NCBI GenBank assembly: GCA_963833225.1
Contig: CAWHXD010000019.1
Location: forward strand, 832,001 to 896,000
Direction: 5' to 3'
Source of the DNA: an uncultured Chloroflexia bacterium
Lineage (GTDB): Bacteria; Chloroflexota; Limnocylindria; Limnocylindrales; CSP1-4
Length of the DNA: 64,000 bases
Shown here: one piece after another, positions 49,025 to 58,736 of the stretch
How the letters are laid out: each line of letters begins with the position of its first letter
How positions within the stretch are numbered: position 1 is the stretch's first letter
Notes under the pieces: generated by a model
What the model was told of the DNA's origin: nothing
Seen by the model: only the letters and a program-made list of their open reading frames with translations
Database searches by the model: none
Made by a program: the position numbers and the translations under genes

Positions 49025-49921
49025 GTGGATGTTGGATCCTTCACCAGTGGCCTCCTGACCGGCCTTCGAGAAGGGGTCGAGGCGGCCCTCATCGTGAGCA
49101 TCATCCTGGCCTATCTCGCCAGGACCGGGAACCGGCACCAATTCGGCCGGATCTGGATCGGGACCATTGGAGCGGTCGCGGTCTCGCTGGCCGCCGGAGC
49201 TGCCCTGTTTGCCACGATCGGCAGCCTCGAGACGCCGTACGAGCAGATCTTCGAGGGCCTCACGATGATCGCGGCCGCGATCGTCGTGACCTGGATGCTG
49301 TTCTGGATGCGGCGCCAGGCGGCCTCGGTCAAGAACGAGCTGCACGCGGCGGTAGACCGGGTCTTGACCGGGGGCACCGTGGTGGGCCTCGCCGTGCTTG
49401 CGTTCACGGCCGTCATCCGCGAGGGGCTCGAGACCGCGCTGTTCCTGGTCGGCCAGGCGACCTCCGCCGATGCCGGCGCCGGGGCCGTGCTCCTTGGCGC
49501 GCTCGTCGGGCTGGGCATCGCGGTGCTGCTGGGCGCCGGCTTCTACCGCGGGGCGCGGCTGCTCAACCTCCGAACGTTCTTCCGCTGGTCGGGCATCGCC
49601 CTCATCTTCATCGCCGCCGGCCTCGTGTCCAAGGCCACCCACGAGTTCGTCGAGATCGGCTGGGTCACGATTGGCACGGGAACCATGTTCGATATCAGCG
49701 CCGCGCTTCCCCACGAGGCGATGACCGGGGCGCCGGATGGCGTCCTCCTGCTGGCCGGCCAGTTCCTTCGGGCGCTGTTCGGGTACACGTCCCAGCCTGA
49801 GACGGCAACCTTCATCGTCTGGTTTGGCTACGTGGCGCTGGCCCTGACCGCCTTCCTCCGGCCGGTCTCGCGGCCGGCCGCGGTGACCCAGCCCAGCCCC
49901 GGGACCAGCGCCGCGTCCTGA
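49025..49921 (+). CDS. FTR1/EfeU family iron permease
   Basis: Two REGxE motifs (LREGVEA, IREGLET). Confidence 0.92.
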   Translation: MDVGSFTSGLLTGLREGVEAALIVSIILAYLARTGNRHQFGRIWIGTIGAVAVSLAAGAALFATIGSLETPYEQIFEGLTMIAAAIVVTWMLFWMRRQAASVKNELHAAVDRVLTGGTVVGLAVLAFTAVIREGLETALFLVGQATSADAGAGAVLLGALVGLGIAVLLGAGFYRGARLLNLRTFFRWSGIALIFIAAGLVSKATHEFVEIGWVTIGTGTMFDISAALPHEAMTGAPDGVLLLAGQFLRALFGYTSQPETATFIVWFGYVALALTAFLRPVSRPAAVTQPSPGTSAAS

Positions 49922-49933
49922 GCGGAGGGCGGC

Positions 49934-51220
49934 TCAGCCCGCCGGCACCAGCTTGAGCACGCGGCCACCAGGCAGATCCGTGAGGTACACCTCGCCGTCG
50001 TCGCCGAGCCCGATGGAGCTGATCGACGACCCGGTCTCGAGCAGCGTGATCGGGGCCTGGGCGGCATCGAGCCCGGCGTCGATCGCCCACAGCGTGCCGC
50101 TGCAGTAGTCGCTGAACAGGTAGGCGCCCCGGAGCGCCGGGATCGCCTCACCCCGATAGACCACGCCTCCGATGACCGAGCACCCTTCCCCGTGTCCGTA
50201 CTCGGTCACCGGCATGGTGACGCCGGCCGGGTCACAGTCGGTCGATGGGTTGTAGCAACGCCGGCCCTCCCAGCGCCGCCAGCCGAAGTCGAGCCCACCC
50301 GCCCCGGCCAGTGCCACGTCGACCTCCTCCCAGCTGTCCTGCCCCACGTCGCCGATCCAGATGTCGCCGGTCGCACCGTCCACAGACGCCCGGAACGGGT
50401 TGCGCAGCCCGATCTCGAACACCTCGGGCCGCCCACCGCTGGCGGCGTACGGGTTGTCGGCGGGGATCGCGTAGGGGGAGCCGGCGGGCGCGCCGAGCAC
50501 GTCGATCCGGAGCAGCTTGCCCAGGAGGTTGCCGGGATCCGAGGCGCGGTTCTGGGGATCGCCCCCGGACCCGCCGTCCCCCAGCCCGATCAGCAGCATC
50601 TCGCTGGCGTCGAAGCCGATCCAGCCGCCGTTGTGGTTCGCGTACGGCTGGGGCTCGGTCAGGATGACCCGCTCCGAGGCCGGGTCCAGGATCGAGGCAC
50701 CACCCGGGGCAAGACGGAGCTCACTGATCGTGGTCGCGCCGCCGTCGCCCGAGTAGTGGACCCAGGCGCGTGGCTGCTCCGGACCGAAGCCGGGCGGGAA
50801 CGCGAGGCCCAGGAGCCCGCGCTCGCCGCCAGCCGTGACCCGGTCCGCGATGTCCAGGAACGCGGTGCCGGCAACCGAGCCGCCCTCGACCACGCGGATA
50901 CGGCCGGGCTGCTCGGCCACGAACAGGCGCCCCGAGGAATCGCCGGAGCCCGTGACGAACACGGGCTGGTCGAAGCCATCCGCCACGGTGTCCACGCGGA
51001 CCGCGACGGCAGCCAGGTCGGGGCGCTCGAGGCCGCCGCCCGGGATCACCGGGGCGCCGCTCGACGAGGAGCTCGGGCCGGGGGTCGCGGCGGCCGATGG
51101 CCCGCTGGGATCGGTGGCAGCGGGGCTGGTCGGGGTCGGCGCGCTCGCCCCGCAGGCGCTCACCAGCAGCGCGGCGACCAGGGCCGCGGAATAGAACGGG
51201 GAGATCGCGAGCTGCCGCAT
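49934..51220 (-). CDS. PQQ-dependent sugar dehydrogenase (GSDH) family lipoprotein
   Basis: VSAC lipobox; GERGLLG, NHNGG, GDGG, GKLLRID and GLRNP motifs. Confidence 0.88.
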   Translation of the reverse strand: MRQLAISPFYSAALVAALLVSACGASAPTPTSPAATDPSGPSAAATPGPSSSSSGAPVIPGGGLERPDLAAVAVRVDTVADGFDQPVFVTGSGDSSGRLFVAEQPGRIRVVEGGSVAGTAFLDIADRVTAGGERGLLGLAFPPGFGPEQPRAWVHYSGDGGATTISELRLAPGGASILDPASERVILTEPQPYANHNGGWIGFDASEMLLIGLGDGGSGGDPQNRASDPGNLLGKLLRIDVLGAPAGSPYAIPADNPYAASGGRPEVFEIGLRNPFRASVDGATGDIWIGDVGQDSWEEVDVALAGAGGLDFGWRRWEGRRCYNPSTDCDPAGVTMPVTEYGHGEGCSVIGGVVYRGEAIPALRGAYLFSDYCSGTLWAIDAGLDAAQAPITLLETGSSISSIGLGDDGEVYLTDLPGGRVLKLVPAG

Positions 51221-51265
51221 CGCCGCCAAGGGTAGGGCAAGCACGACCATCAACCCGCCGGGGGC

Positions 51266-52024
51266 TCAGGCCGGCGGTCGCGACCGGAAGCGGTCCAGCC
51301 GCGCCGCGAACCCCTCCGCATGGACGGCGCTGGTGCCGTCCTCGTCGTGGCGGAACAGCACGTAGGCGTCCATCCCGTCATCGAGGAACGGCGCGATCCG
51401 CGCGGCCCAGGCGTCGAGCGCCGCGTCGTCGTAGTCCGTCCGGCGCAACCGCAGGTAGAGGAACGACCCCGTGCGCCGGATATCGGGGGTCTCGGCTTGG
51501 TCGTCGAGGTCGGTCGTGCACAGCACCGCCCCCGCGGCGCGCAGCGCGGCAAACGTCTCGTCCACGTGCCACGAGGCGTGCTGGGCCTCCAGCACCAGCG
51601 GGATCGACCGCGGCCACGCGTCGAGCAGGCGCGTCAGGCGGCCGTCATCGCGGGCGGCCTTGGCGTCGATCCGGAACAACACGGCTCCCAGCCGCTCCCC
51701 GAACCCGGGCAGTGGCTCCGTGAGCCATGGGATCGAGTCCGCGGCGGAGCCGTAGAGGGACCGGACGCTGGCGCCGCGCTGGGCCTTCACGACGAACCGG
51801 AAGCCGGGAGGCGTCGCGGCCACCCAGGCCGCGATCCTGTCGGCAGTCGGCCGTGCGTAGAAGGTGTTGTTGAGCTCCACGGCGGGCAGGCGCGACGCGT
51901 AGTGGGCGAGGAGGTCGCGCGACCGCAGCGACGACGGATAGAAGCGCGGCGCCCACGACGGATAGGCGAAGCCGCTCGTCCCGGCGTAGAGGCGGCCTGT
52001 ACGGCGGACAGGCCCGGCTGTCAG
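51266..52024 (-). CDS. DUF72 family protein (start uncertain)
   Basis: YAGTSGFAYPSW...FYP, VELNNTFY, FRFVVKA and YLRLR motifs. Confidence 0.85.
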   Translation of the reverse strand: MTAGPVRRTGRLYAGTSGFAYPSWAPRFYPSSLRSRDLLAHYASRLPAVELNNTFYARPTADRIAAWVAATPPGFRFVVKAQRGASVRSLYGSAADSIPWLTEPLPGFGERLGAVLFRIDAKAARDDGRLTRLLDAWPRSIPLVLEAQHASWHVDETFAALRAAGAVLCTTDLDDQAETPDIRRTGSFLYLRLRRTDYDDAALDAWAARIAPFLDDGMDAYVLFRHDEDGTSAVHAEGFAARLDRFRSRPPA

Positions 52025-52536
52025 GTCCCCGGGTCCATGCACGACGAGTCGGCCGTCGCGTCGCGGCCGAGCTGGTCGAGAACGCCCGAGCAGCCGCGCT
52101 CGATCGCCGCGCGGTCGCGGTCGCCGATGGGATCGAGGAAGTAGCGCTGCACGCCGTCGAGGTGGGTCCGGGACGCCTCGCGCAGGCGCGCCAGACCGGC
52201 GGCCGTCAGGGCGGCCTCGGCGCCGCGCGCGTCCGTCACGCACGCCGATCGCTCGACCATGCCCGCGGCCTCAAGGCGGTCGACCAGGCGCGTGATCCCG
52301 CTGCGGGAGAGCAGCACCCGGTCCGCAAGCACGCTCATCCGCAGCCGGCGATCCGGCGCATTGACGAGCTGCAGGAGGGCGTCGTACTCCGCGAGCGAGA
52401 TGCCGTGGGTGGCCTGCAGCTCCTCGTCCAGACGCCGGAGCAGGCGTGCGTTCGCCTGGATGAACGCCCGCCACGCACCCAGGCGCGGATCGTCGGCGGT
52501 CACCTGGGTCGCGAGGGTCGCTGCGGAGGTCGCCAT
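52021..52536 (-). CDS. MarR family transcriptional regulator
   Basis: LAEYDAL, LSRSGITRLVDRLE and DARG motifs. Confidence 0.92.
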   Translation of the reverse strand: MATSAATLATQVTADDPRLGAWRAFIQANARLLRRLDEELQATHGISLAEYDALLQLVNAPDRRLRMSVLADRVLLSRSGITRLVDRLEAAGMVERSACVTDARGAEAALTAAGLARLREASRTHLDGVQRYFLDPIGDRDRAAIERGCSGVLDQLGRDATADSSCMDPGT

Positions 52537-52565
52537 GGCGGACATCCTACCCCAACGGCGACCTG

Positions 52566-52609
52566 ATTGACAACGCAACTATCGTGGCATATCGTTGCTC
52601 ATGCAACTA
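52566..52609 (+). promoter_or_regulatory. yceI promoter with two MarR-type operators
   Basis: TTGACA-N17-TATCGT (52567-52595); palindrome GTTGCTCATGCAAC (52594-52607) and a weaker copy ATTGACAACGCAAC (52566-52579). Confidence 0.75.
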
Positions 52610-52662
52610 CAGTTCCGGTGGGGAGGATCCCCGCCGGGCACGCTCGGAAGGACCCCACGCAC

Positions 52663-53229
52663 ATGGCTGTCACGACCTGGAACATCGACCCCGCCCACAC
52701 GGACGTGGTGTTCTCCGCCAAGCACATGATGGTGACCACCGTTCGCGGCAAGTTCCCCGACGTCTCGGGCACGATCACCCTGGACGAGGAGCACCCGACG
52801 AACTCGACCGGCACCTTCACCATCGGCGTCGCCTCGCTCACCACGGGCGTAGAGCCGCGCGACGCACATCTCCGCTCCGCCGACTTCTTCGATGCCGAGA
52901 ACCACCCGACCGCCACCTTCGTCGCGACCAGGATCGAGGGCAAGGGCGGCAATGAGTACGCCGTCTCGGGCGATCTCACGATCCGGGAGACGACGAGGCC
53001 GGTCACCTTCGACATGGAGCTGCTGGGCTTCTACACGGGCATGGATGGAGCGCGCCGCGCGGGATTCCACGGTACCGGCGCGATCGCCCGCGAGGCGTTC
53101 GGCCTGGGCTGGAACGTCGCCCTTGAGGGCGGCGGCTGGCTCGTGGGCAAGGAGGTCAGGCTCGAGCTCGACGTCGCGGTCCAGGAGGCCGCGGCGGCCG
53201 CGGTCGACGAGGGGAACATCGCCGCCTGA
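52663..53229 (+). CDS. YceI family protein
   Basis: WNIDPAHT, VRGKF, RDAHLRSADFFD and GDLTIR motifs. Confidence 0.92.
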   Translation: MAVTTWNIDPAHTDVVFSAKHMMVTTVRGKFPDVSGTITLDEEHPTNSTGTFTIGVASLTTGVEPRDAHLRSADFFDAENHPTATFVATRIEGKGGNEYAVSGDLTIRETTRPVTFDMELLGFYTGMDGARRAGFHGTGAIAREAFGLGWNVALEGGGWLVGKEVRLELDVAVQEAAAAAVDEGNIAA

Positions 53230-53368
53230 TCGCACGATCCCAGCTCCCATGCGGCGCCTCGGCGGATGGTCCGTCGGGCGCCGCTCTGCGTCCGGGCCAC
53301 CGTCACGCGTCCGGCCGCGGACGACTCGCGCTACGATCGGGGCCACGAAACCCGCCCGCGAGGACCCC

Positions 53369-54626
53369 ATGCCTGAGCTCGACGTCGAGGCGCTGCGCGC
53401 CCGCTTCCCGGCCCTCTCCATCGAGCAGGATGGCCGTCCCGTCGCGCTATTCGACGGCCCCGGCGGCACCCAGGTCCCGGACTCGGTCATCGAGGCCGTG
53501 TCGACCTACTACCGGACCTCCAATGCGAACCACGAGGGCCCGTTCCTCACCTCGCGTCGCAGCGACGCGGTCGTGGCGGAGGCCCACGCGGCGCTCGCCG
53601 ACCTGCTGAACGCCGCCGATCCCGCCGAGATCAAGCTCGGCGCCAACATGACCACGCTCACGATGCACCTCTCCCGCTCGATCGCGGCAAGCCTCGAGCC
53701 AGGCGACACCATCGTGGTCACCAGCCTGGACCACGAGGCGAACGTCGGCCCCTGGCGCACCGCCGCGGCAGATCGGGGCCTCAACGTGCGGACCGTCGAC
53801 ATCCGCCCCGACGACGTGACCCTCGACATCGAGGCCTTCGACACCATCCTCCACGAGCGCCCGAAGCTCGTCGCCTTCGGCTGGGCGTCGAATGCCGTCG
53901 GCAGCATCAACCCCGTCGGCGAGCTGGTCCGGCGCGCGCACGAGGCCGGCAGCCTGACCTTCGTCGATGCCGTCCACGCCGCCCCGCACCTCCCGATCGA
54001 CGTCCAGGAGGTCGACACGGACTTCCTCGCCTGCTCCGCCTACAAGTTCTTCGGGCCGCACGTGGGCGTCCTGTACGGCCGGCGCGAGATCCTGGACTGC
54101 GCTGCCGACCTACAAGCTCCGGGTCGCCGACGACCGCTTCGAGACTGGCACGGGCAACTTCGAGGGGATCGCCGGCTCGCTCGCCGCGGTCGAGTACCTC
54201 GCCGAGGTCGGGCGCCGGTTCGGGGCGCCGTACTCGGCGCGGTTCCCGGGGTTCACCGGGCGCCGGCTCGACACCCACGCCGGCATGGCCGCCATCCGCG
54301 CCTACGAGATGACCCTGTTCGGCCGCCTGCTCGACGGCCTCGAGTCGATCCCCGGCGCGAAGGTCTGGGGCATCACCGACCGCGCCCGCTTCGATGAGCG
54401 CACGCCCACCGCGGCCGTGACCTTTGCCGGGCACACCGCTGAGTCAGTGTCGACCGCTCTGGGCGACCGGGGGATCGCGACCTGGTGGGGCAACTTCTAC
54501 GCCGCCGGGCCCATCGAGCGCCTGGGCCTCGAGCCGCACGGGGTGGTGCGGATCGGGCTGACCCACTACAACACGGCAGCCGAGGTGGACCGCCTGCTCG
54601 CCGAGCTCCGCAAGATCACCGGCTAG
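53369..54626 (+). CDS. Cysteine desulfurase-like class V PLP enzyme (frameshift near 54100)
   Basis: FDGPGGTQVP, LDHEANV, DAVH, SAYKFFGPH, FETGT and HYNT motifs. Confidence 0.87.
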
Positions 54627-54677
54627 CGTTCGCCCAGCATCGGCCGGCACTGGACCACGGCCAGGCCGGCCTCGCGA

Positions 54678-55928
54678 CTAGCTCGCGGCGATCCGGTACA
54701 CCGCGTCGGCCGAGAGGTCGCACAGGTACAACTCGCCCGAGGCATCCTGCCCAAAGCCGCTGATCAGCCGCCCCGACCCCGTCCCGAGCAGCCGCACTGG
54801 CGACGCCGGCCGGCTCGCCCCCGCCGACACGGCCCAGACCTCGCCCGAGCAGTAGTCGCCGTAGACGTACCAGCCCCGGAGAGCCGGGATCGCCGAGCCA
54901 CGGTAGACGTAACCGCCGGTGATCGCGCAGCGGCCATTGGAGCTGTGCGAGTACTCGGCCAACGGGCGCTTCTTGCCGCTCTTGTTGCAGCCCGACGCCG
55001 GGTGGTAGCAGTGGTTCCCCTCCATCACGTGCCAGCCCCAGTTCACGCCCTTGCCGGGGCCGGAGCTCGTCCACTTGACCCGGTCCACCTCCTCGTACCG
55101 GGCCTGGCCGACATCGCCGATCCAGAGCGCATCGGTCGAGCGGTCGAACGACCAGCGCCACGGGTTGCGAAGGCCGCGCTGCCAGATCTCGTTCCGGCCG
55201 GGGCGTCCCACGTACGGGTTTGAGGCAGGGATGCGGTAGTGCTTCTTCCGGGTCGTCCCGTTGACGTCGATCCGGAGCATCTTGCCCAGCAGCTTGTCCT
55301 TGTCCTGGGCGCGGTTGCCGGGATCGCCCGCGCTCCCGCCATCGCCGGTGCCGATGTACAGGTAGCCGTCCTTGCCGAACGCGATCATCCCGCCGTTGTG
55401 GTTCGAGAACGGCTGCTTGATCTTGATGATCGTCCGCCCGGAGCCCGGTTCGACCACGTCCGGGTTGGAGGCCGATGCCTTGTACTCGCGGACCACCGTG
55501 TTCCCGGACAGGTTCGTGTAATCCACGTAGAAGCGGCGATTGGACGCGAACGACGGGTGGAAGGCGAGCCCCAGGAGACCCTGTTCGCTACCGCTCGAGA
55601 CCTTGGTGCTGAGGTTGAGGAACGAGGTCGAGAGCAGCGAGCCGTCCTTGACGATCCGGATCCGGCCGCCCTTGGTGACGATGAACAGGCGGGCGGTGTC
55701 GCCCTTGGGGCTGATCGCCAGGACCGGGTCGGTGACGTCGGCGACCTTGACGAGGCGGATGGTGGAGGCGGTCGGGGCAGCGGTCGGGGTCGCGACCCGC
55801 TCGGGCGCCGGGGCAGGGGATGCGGATGCCGCGCCGGGCAGCACCGTGGCGGCCAGCGCCGTCGCGAGGGCGAGTGCGCGGACGCCCCGGACGGGCAGCT
55901 GGATGGAGGAGGCGGCGAAGCGGGTCAT
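54678..55928 (-). CDS. Second secreted PQQ/GSDH family beta-propeller
   Basis: Signal peptide; EQGLLGLAFHP, NHNGG, GDGGS and GLRNPWR motifs. Confidence 0.88.
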   Translation of the reverse strand: MTRFAASSIQLPVRGVRALALATALAATVLPGAASASPAPAPERVATPTAAPTASTIRLVKVADVTDPVLAISPKGDTARLFIVTKGGRIRIVKDGSLLSTSFLNLSTKVSSGSEQGLLGLAFHPSFASNRRFYVDYTNLSGNTVVREYKASASNPDVVEPGSGRTIIKIKQPFSNHNGGMIAFGKDGYLYIGTGDGGSAGDPGNRAQDKDKLLGKMLRIDVNGTTRKKHYRIPASNPYVGRPGRNEIWQRGLRNPWRWSFDRSTDALWIGDVGQARYEEVDRVKWTSSGPGKGVNWGWHVMEGNHCYHPASGCNKSGKKRPLAEYSHSSNGRCAITGGYVYRGSAIPALRGWYVYGDYCSGEVWAVSAGASRPASPVRLLGTGSGRLISGFGQDASGELYLCDLSADAVYRIAAS

Positions 55929-56028
55929 CGGCTGCGTCTCCGATTGAGGCTGGTGCCGGTCGAGAGCGCTCGGTCCATGGTGCCCGTGACCGCTCGCGCT
56001 GTCGACCGCGCGCCGTATGCTCGGAGCC

Positions 56029-56898
56029 ATGCATGAGACGGTGAGCCGCGCCTGGGGCGCCCAGAGCATGACCGACCCCCTGCGCGAGGTGCTGGTGAAG
56101 CCGCCGGGTCCGGCGTTCGGGCGCGCCTTCGACGATCCGCCAGTGGGCTTCCTGCGGCCGGTGGACCTCGAGCGTGCGCGGCGGGAGCATGCGGGCCTGG
56201 TCGAGACGCTGGCGAGCCTCGGGGTCACGGTCCACGTCCTCGACGCGGAGACCGACGATCCCGACCTCGTCTACGTGTTCGACCCGCTGCTCGTGGCCGA
56301 CGGCGGCGCCATCCCGCTTCGCCCTGGCAAGCCCAACCGCGCCGGCGAGCCCGACGTGCTGGAGGCGTGGACCCGGGCCCGCGGCATCCCGACGCTGGGC
56401 CGGATCGAGGCGCCCGGCACGCTCGAGGGCGGCGACACGTTCTGGCTCCGGCCCGACCTGCTGTGCATCGGGCGGACGCTGCGCACCAACGACGCCGGGG
56501 CGCGGCAGCTGGCGGCGATCGTCGGCGGGGACGCGCGGATCTTCGATGTCCCGTACTGGAGAGGCCCGGCGGAGCTCGTTCACCTGCTGTCGGTGATCTC
56601 GCCGGTGGCGGACGATGTTGCGGTCGTGTTCCTGCCGCTGCTGCCGATGGGGCTGTACGAGCTGCTGCAGGCGATGCGGTACCGGCTCGTCGAGGTGCCC
56701 GAGGAGGAGTACGCGACGCTCGGCTGCAACGTGCTGGCGGTTCGGCCGGGCGTGGTCGTGGTGGCCGACCGGAACCCGGTCACGCGCCGCCGGCTGGAAG
56801 CCGCGGGCGTCGATGTGCACTCGGTCCCGCTGGGCGAGGTCGGCGAGAACGGCTCGGGTGGGGTCACCTGCCTCACGCGCCCGGTCCTTCGGCGATGA
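56029..56898 (+). CDS. Amidinotransferase / DDAH-like (pentein) protein
   Basis: AR.EH, LEGGD, RTN, VHL and GGVTCLTRP motifs. Confidence 0.85.
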   Translation: MHETVSRAWGAQSMTDPLREVLVKPPGPAFGRAFDDPPVGFLRPVDLERARREHAGLVETLASLGVTVHVLDAETDDPDLVYVFDPLLVADGGAIPLRPGKPNRAGEPDVLEAWTRARGIPTLGRIEAPGTLEGGDTFWLRPDLLCIGRTLRTNDAGARQLAAIVGGDARIFDVPYWRGPAELVHLLSVISPVADDVAVVFLPLLPMGLYELLQAMRYRLVEVPEEEYATLGCNVLAVRPGVVVVADRNPVTRRRLEAAGVDVHSVPLGEVGENGSGGVTCLTRPVLRR

Positions 56899-58166
56899 CT
56901 GGCGGGTTGTCGCCGGCGGCGCGCGCGGCGGCCGACGCGGTCGACGCGGGTGCGCTGACCGAGGACCTGCGCGCGCTCGTCCAGGTCCCGAGCGTCACCG
57001 GCGACGAGGACGCGGTCGCGGCCCAGCTCGCCGACCGGCTCGAGGCGCTCGGCCTGGAGGTCGAGGTCTTCCACCCCAACCCCGCGGCCATTCGCGAGGA
57101 TCCGGACTGGCCGGGCGAGGAGGTGGTCCGCACGTCGCTGCCGGTCGTCATCGGTCGCGTCGGCCGGCCCGGGGGCAAGCGGCTGGTCCTTTCGGGACAC
57201 ACCGATGTCGTGCCCACCGGCGACCCCGCGACCTGGGCTGGCGACCCGTGGTCCGGCGATGTCCGCGACGGCGAGCTGTACGGCCGTGGGTCGTGCGACA
57301 TGAAGGGCGGCGTCGCCGCGATCCTGGCGGCGGTCCGGGCGCTGGGCGCAATCGGTGCCCTCGCGCGGCTCGCGGGTCAGTTGATCGTCGCCCTCGTCCC
57401 GTCGGAGGAGGACGGCGGCCAGGGGACGCTCGCCGCCATTCGTGCCGGCGCCACCGGGGACCTGTGCGTGATCCCGGAGCCGTCCGGTCTCGATGTCGTC
57501 GTCGCCCACGCCGGCGCGATCACGTTCCGGCTCACCGTCCCGGGACGGGCTGCGCATGCGAGCCGGCGCACCGAGGGGGTGTCGGCGCTCGACAACCTCG
57601 GGGATCTCGTGCGCGCCCTCGAGGCCGACGAGGTCCGTCGGAATGCGGCGGAGACGGACCCGCTGATGACGGCGCTCGGGCTGCCGTATCCCACGATCAT
57701 CGGTACCGTCGCGGGCGGCGAGTGGGCGTCCACGGTCATGGACCGGGTGGTCGCCGAGGGTCGGTATGGCGTCCGCCTCGGCCAGGCCCCCGAGGAGGCC
57801 GCGGACGAGCTGCGCGCCTGCATCGGGTCCGCCTGCGCGGCGCACCCCTTCCTGCACGACCACCCCGCCGTCGTGGAGATCGTCGGCGCCCGGTTCGCCT
57901 CCTCGCGGGTGCCCGCCGACCACCCACTGCCCGTGTCGCTCGCGGGTGCAGCCGCTGCGGTCACCGGCCGCCGCCCGGCGCTGACGGGCGTCCCGTACGG
58001 CGCTGACATGCGGCTGTTCATCGGGGTTGGGGAGACCCCGTGCGTCATCTTTGGTCCCGGGGACGTGCGGCTGGCGCACGCTGCCGATGAGCGAGTGCCG
58101 CTCGCCGAGGTCGAGGCGTGCGCGAGGGTCCTGGCCGCCTGGGTCGCCATGGAGCTCGGCACCTGA
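56895..58166 (+). CDS. ArgE/DapE family M20 deacylase
   Basis: SGHTDVVP, GRGSCDMKGG, SEEDGG, GRAAHA and AHAADE motifs; ATGA overlap with the upstream gene. Confidence 0.9.
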   Translation: MTGGLSPAARAAADAVDAGALTEDLRALVQVPSVTGDEDAVAAQLADRLEALGLEVEVFHPNPAAIREDPDWPGEEVVRTSLPVVIGRVGRPGGKRLVLSGHTDVVPTGDPATWAGDPWSGDVRDGELYGRGSCDMKGGVAAILAAVRALGAIGALARLAGQLIVALVPSEEDGGQGTLAAIRAGATGDLCVIPEPSGLDVVVAHAGAITFRLTVPGRAAHASRRTEGVSALDNLGDLVRALEADEVRRNAAETDPLMTALGLPYPTIIGTVAGGEWASTVMDRVVAEGRYGVRLGQAPEEAADELRACIGSACAAHPFLHDHPAVVEIVGARFASSRVPADHPLPVSLAGAAAAVTGRRPALTGVPYGADMRLFIGVGETPCVIFGPGDVRLAHAADERVPLAEVEACARVLAAWVAMELGT

Positions 58167-58736
58167 GCGACAACGGCCCGATCCTGACGGCGCGTCTCCG
58201 GCTGGATCCACTGGTCGTCGCGGATGCCGCCGAGATGGCCGGCGTGCTCGACGACCGAGCTCTCTACCCGGTTCACCGGGGGCGAGCCACCGAGCCTCCC
58301 CGACCTCGAGCGCCGGTTCGAGGCGCAGGCCGCCGGCCGGTCGCCTGACGGCACGGAGACGTGGCGCAACTGGATCGTGCGGCTCCTCGATGACGGCGCG
58401 GCCGTCGGGTTCGTCGAGGCCACCCTCACCGACGATGACCGGGCCGCCGACGTCGCCTGGGTCATCGGCGTGCGGTGGCAGCGGCAGGGCTACGCAGGTG
58501 AAGCGGCGCGGGCGATGGTCACGCACCTGTTCGCGGGCGGCGTGGGGACCGTCACGGCACACGTCCACCCGGACCACGCGGCCTCGGGGCGTGTTGCGGC
58601 GGCCACCGGCCTCTCGCCAACCGATGAGATCGAGAACGGGGAGCGCGTCTGGCGGCTCGACGCCGGGCTCAGACGGGAGGGACGGCGATCCGGCGCATCG
58701 TCCGGCGGTGCGAGACCAGCACGACGACGGGGATGA
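58163..58736 (+). CDS. GNAT (RimJ/RimL-like) acetyltransferase (frameshift near 58265; ends uncertain)
   Basis: TARLRL, WQRQGYAGEA and HPDHAASGRVA motifs. Confidence 0.75.

Noticed and set aside
1890-58270. Programmed frameshifting or true pseudogenes
   Set aside because: The indels are scattered in unrelated genes with no decay or shared recoding signal; sequencing error is simpler.
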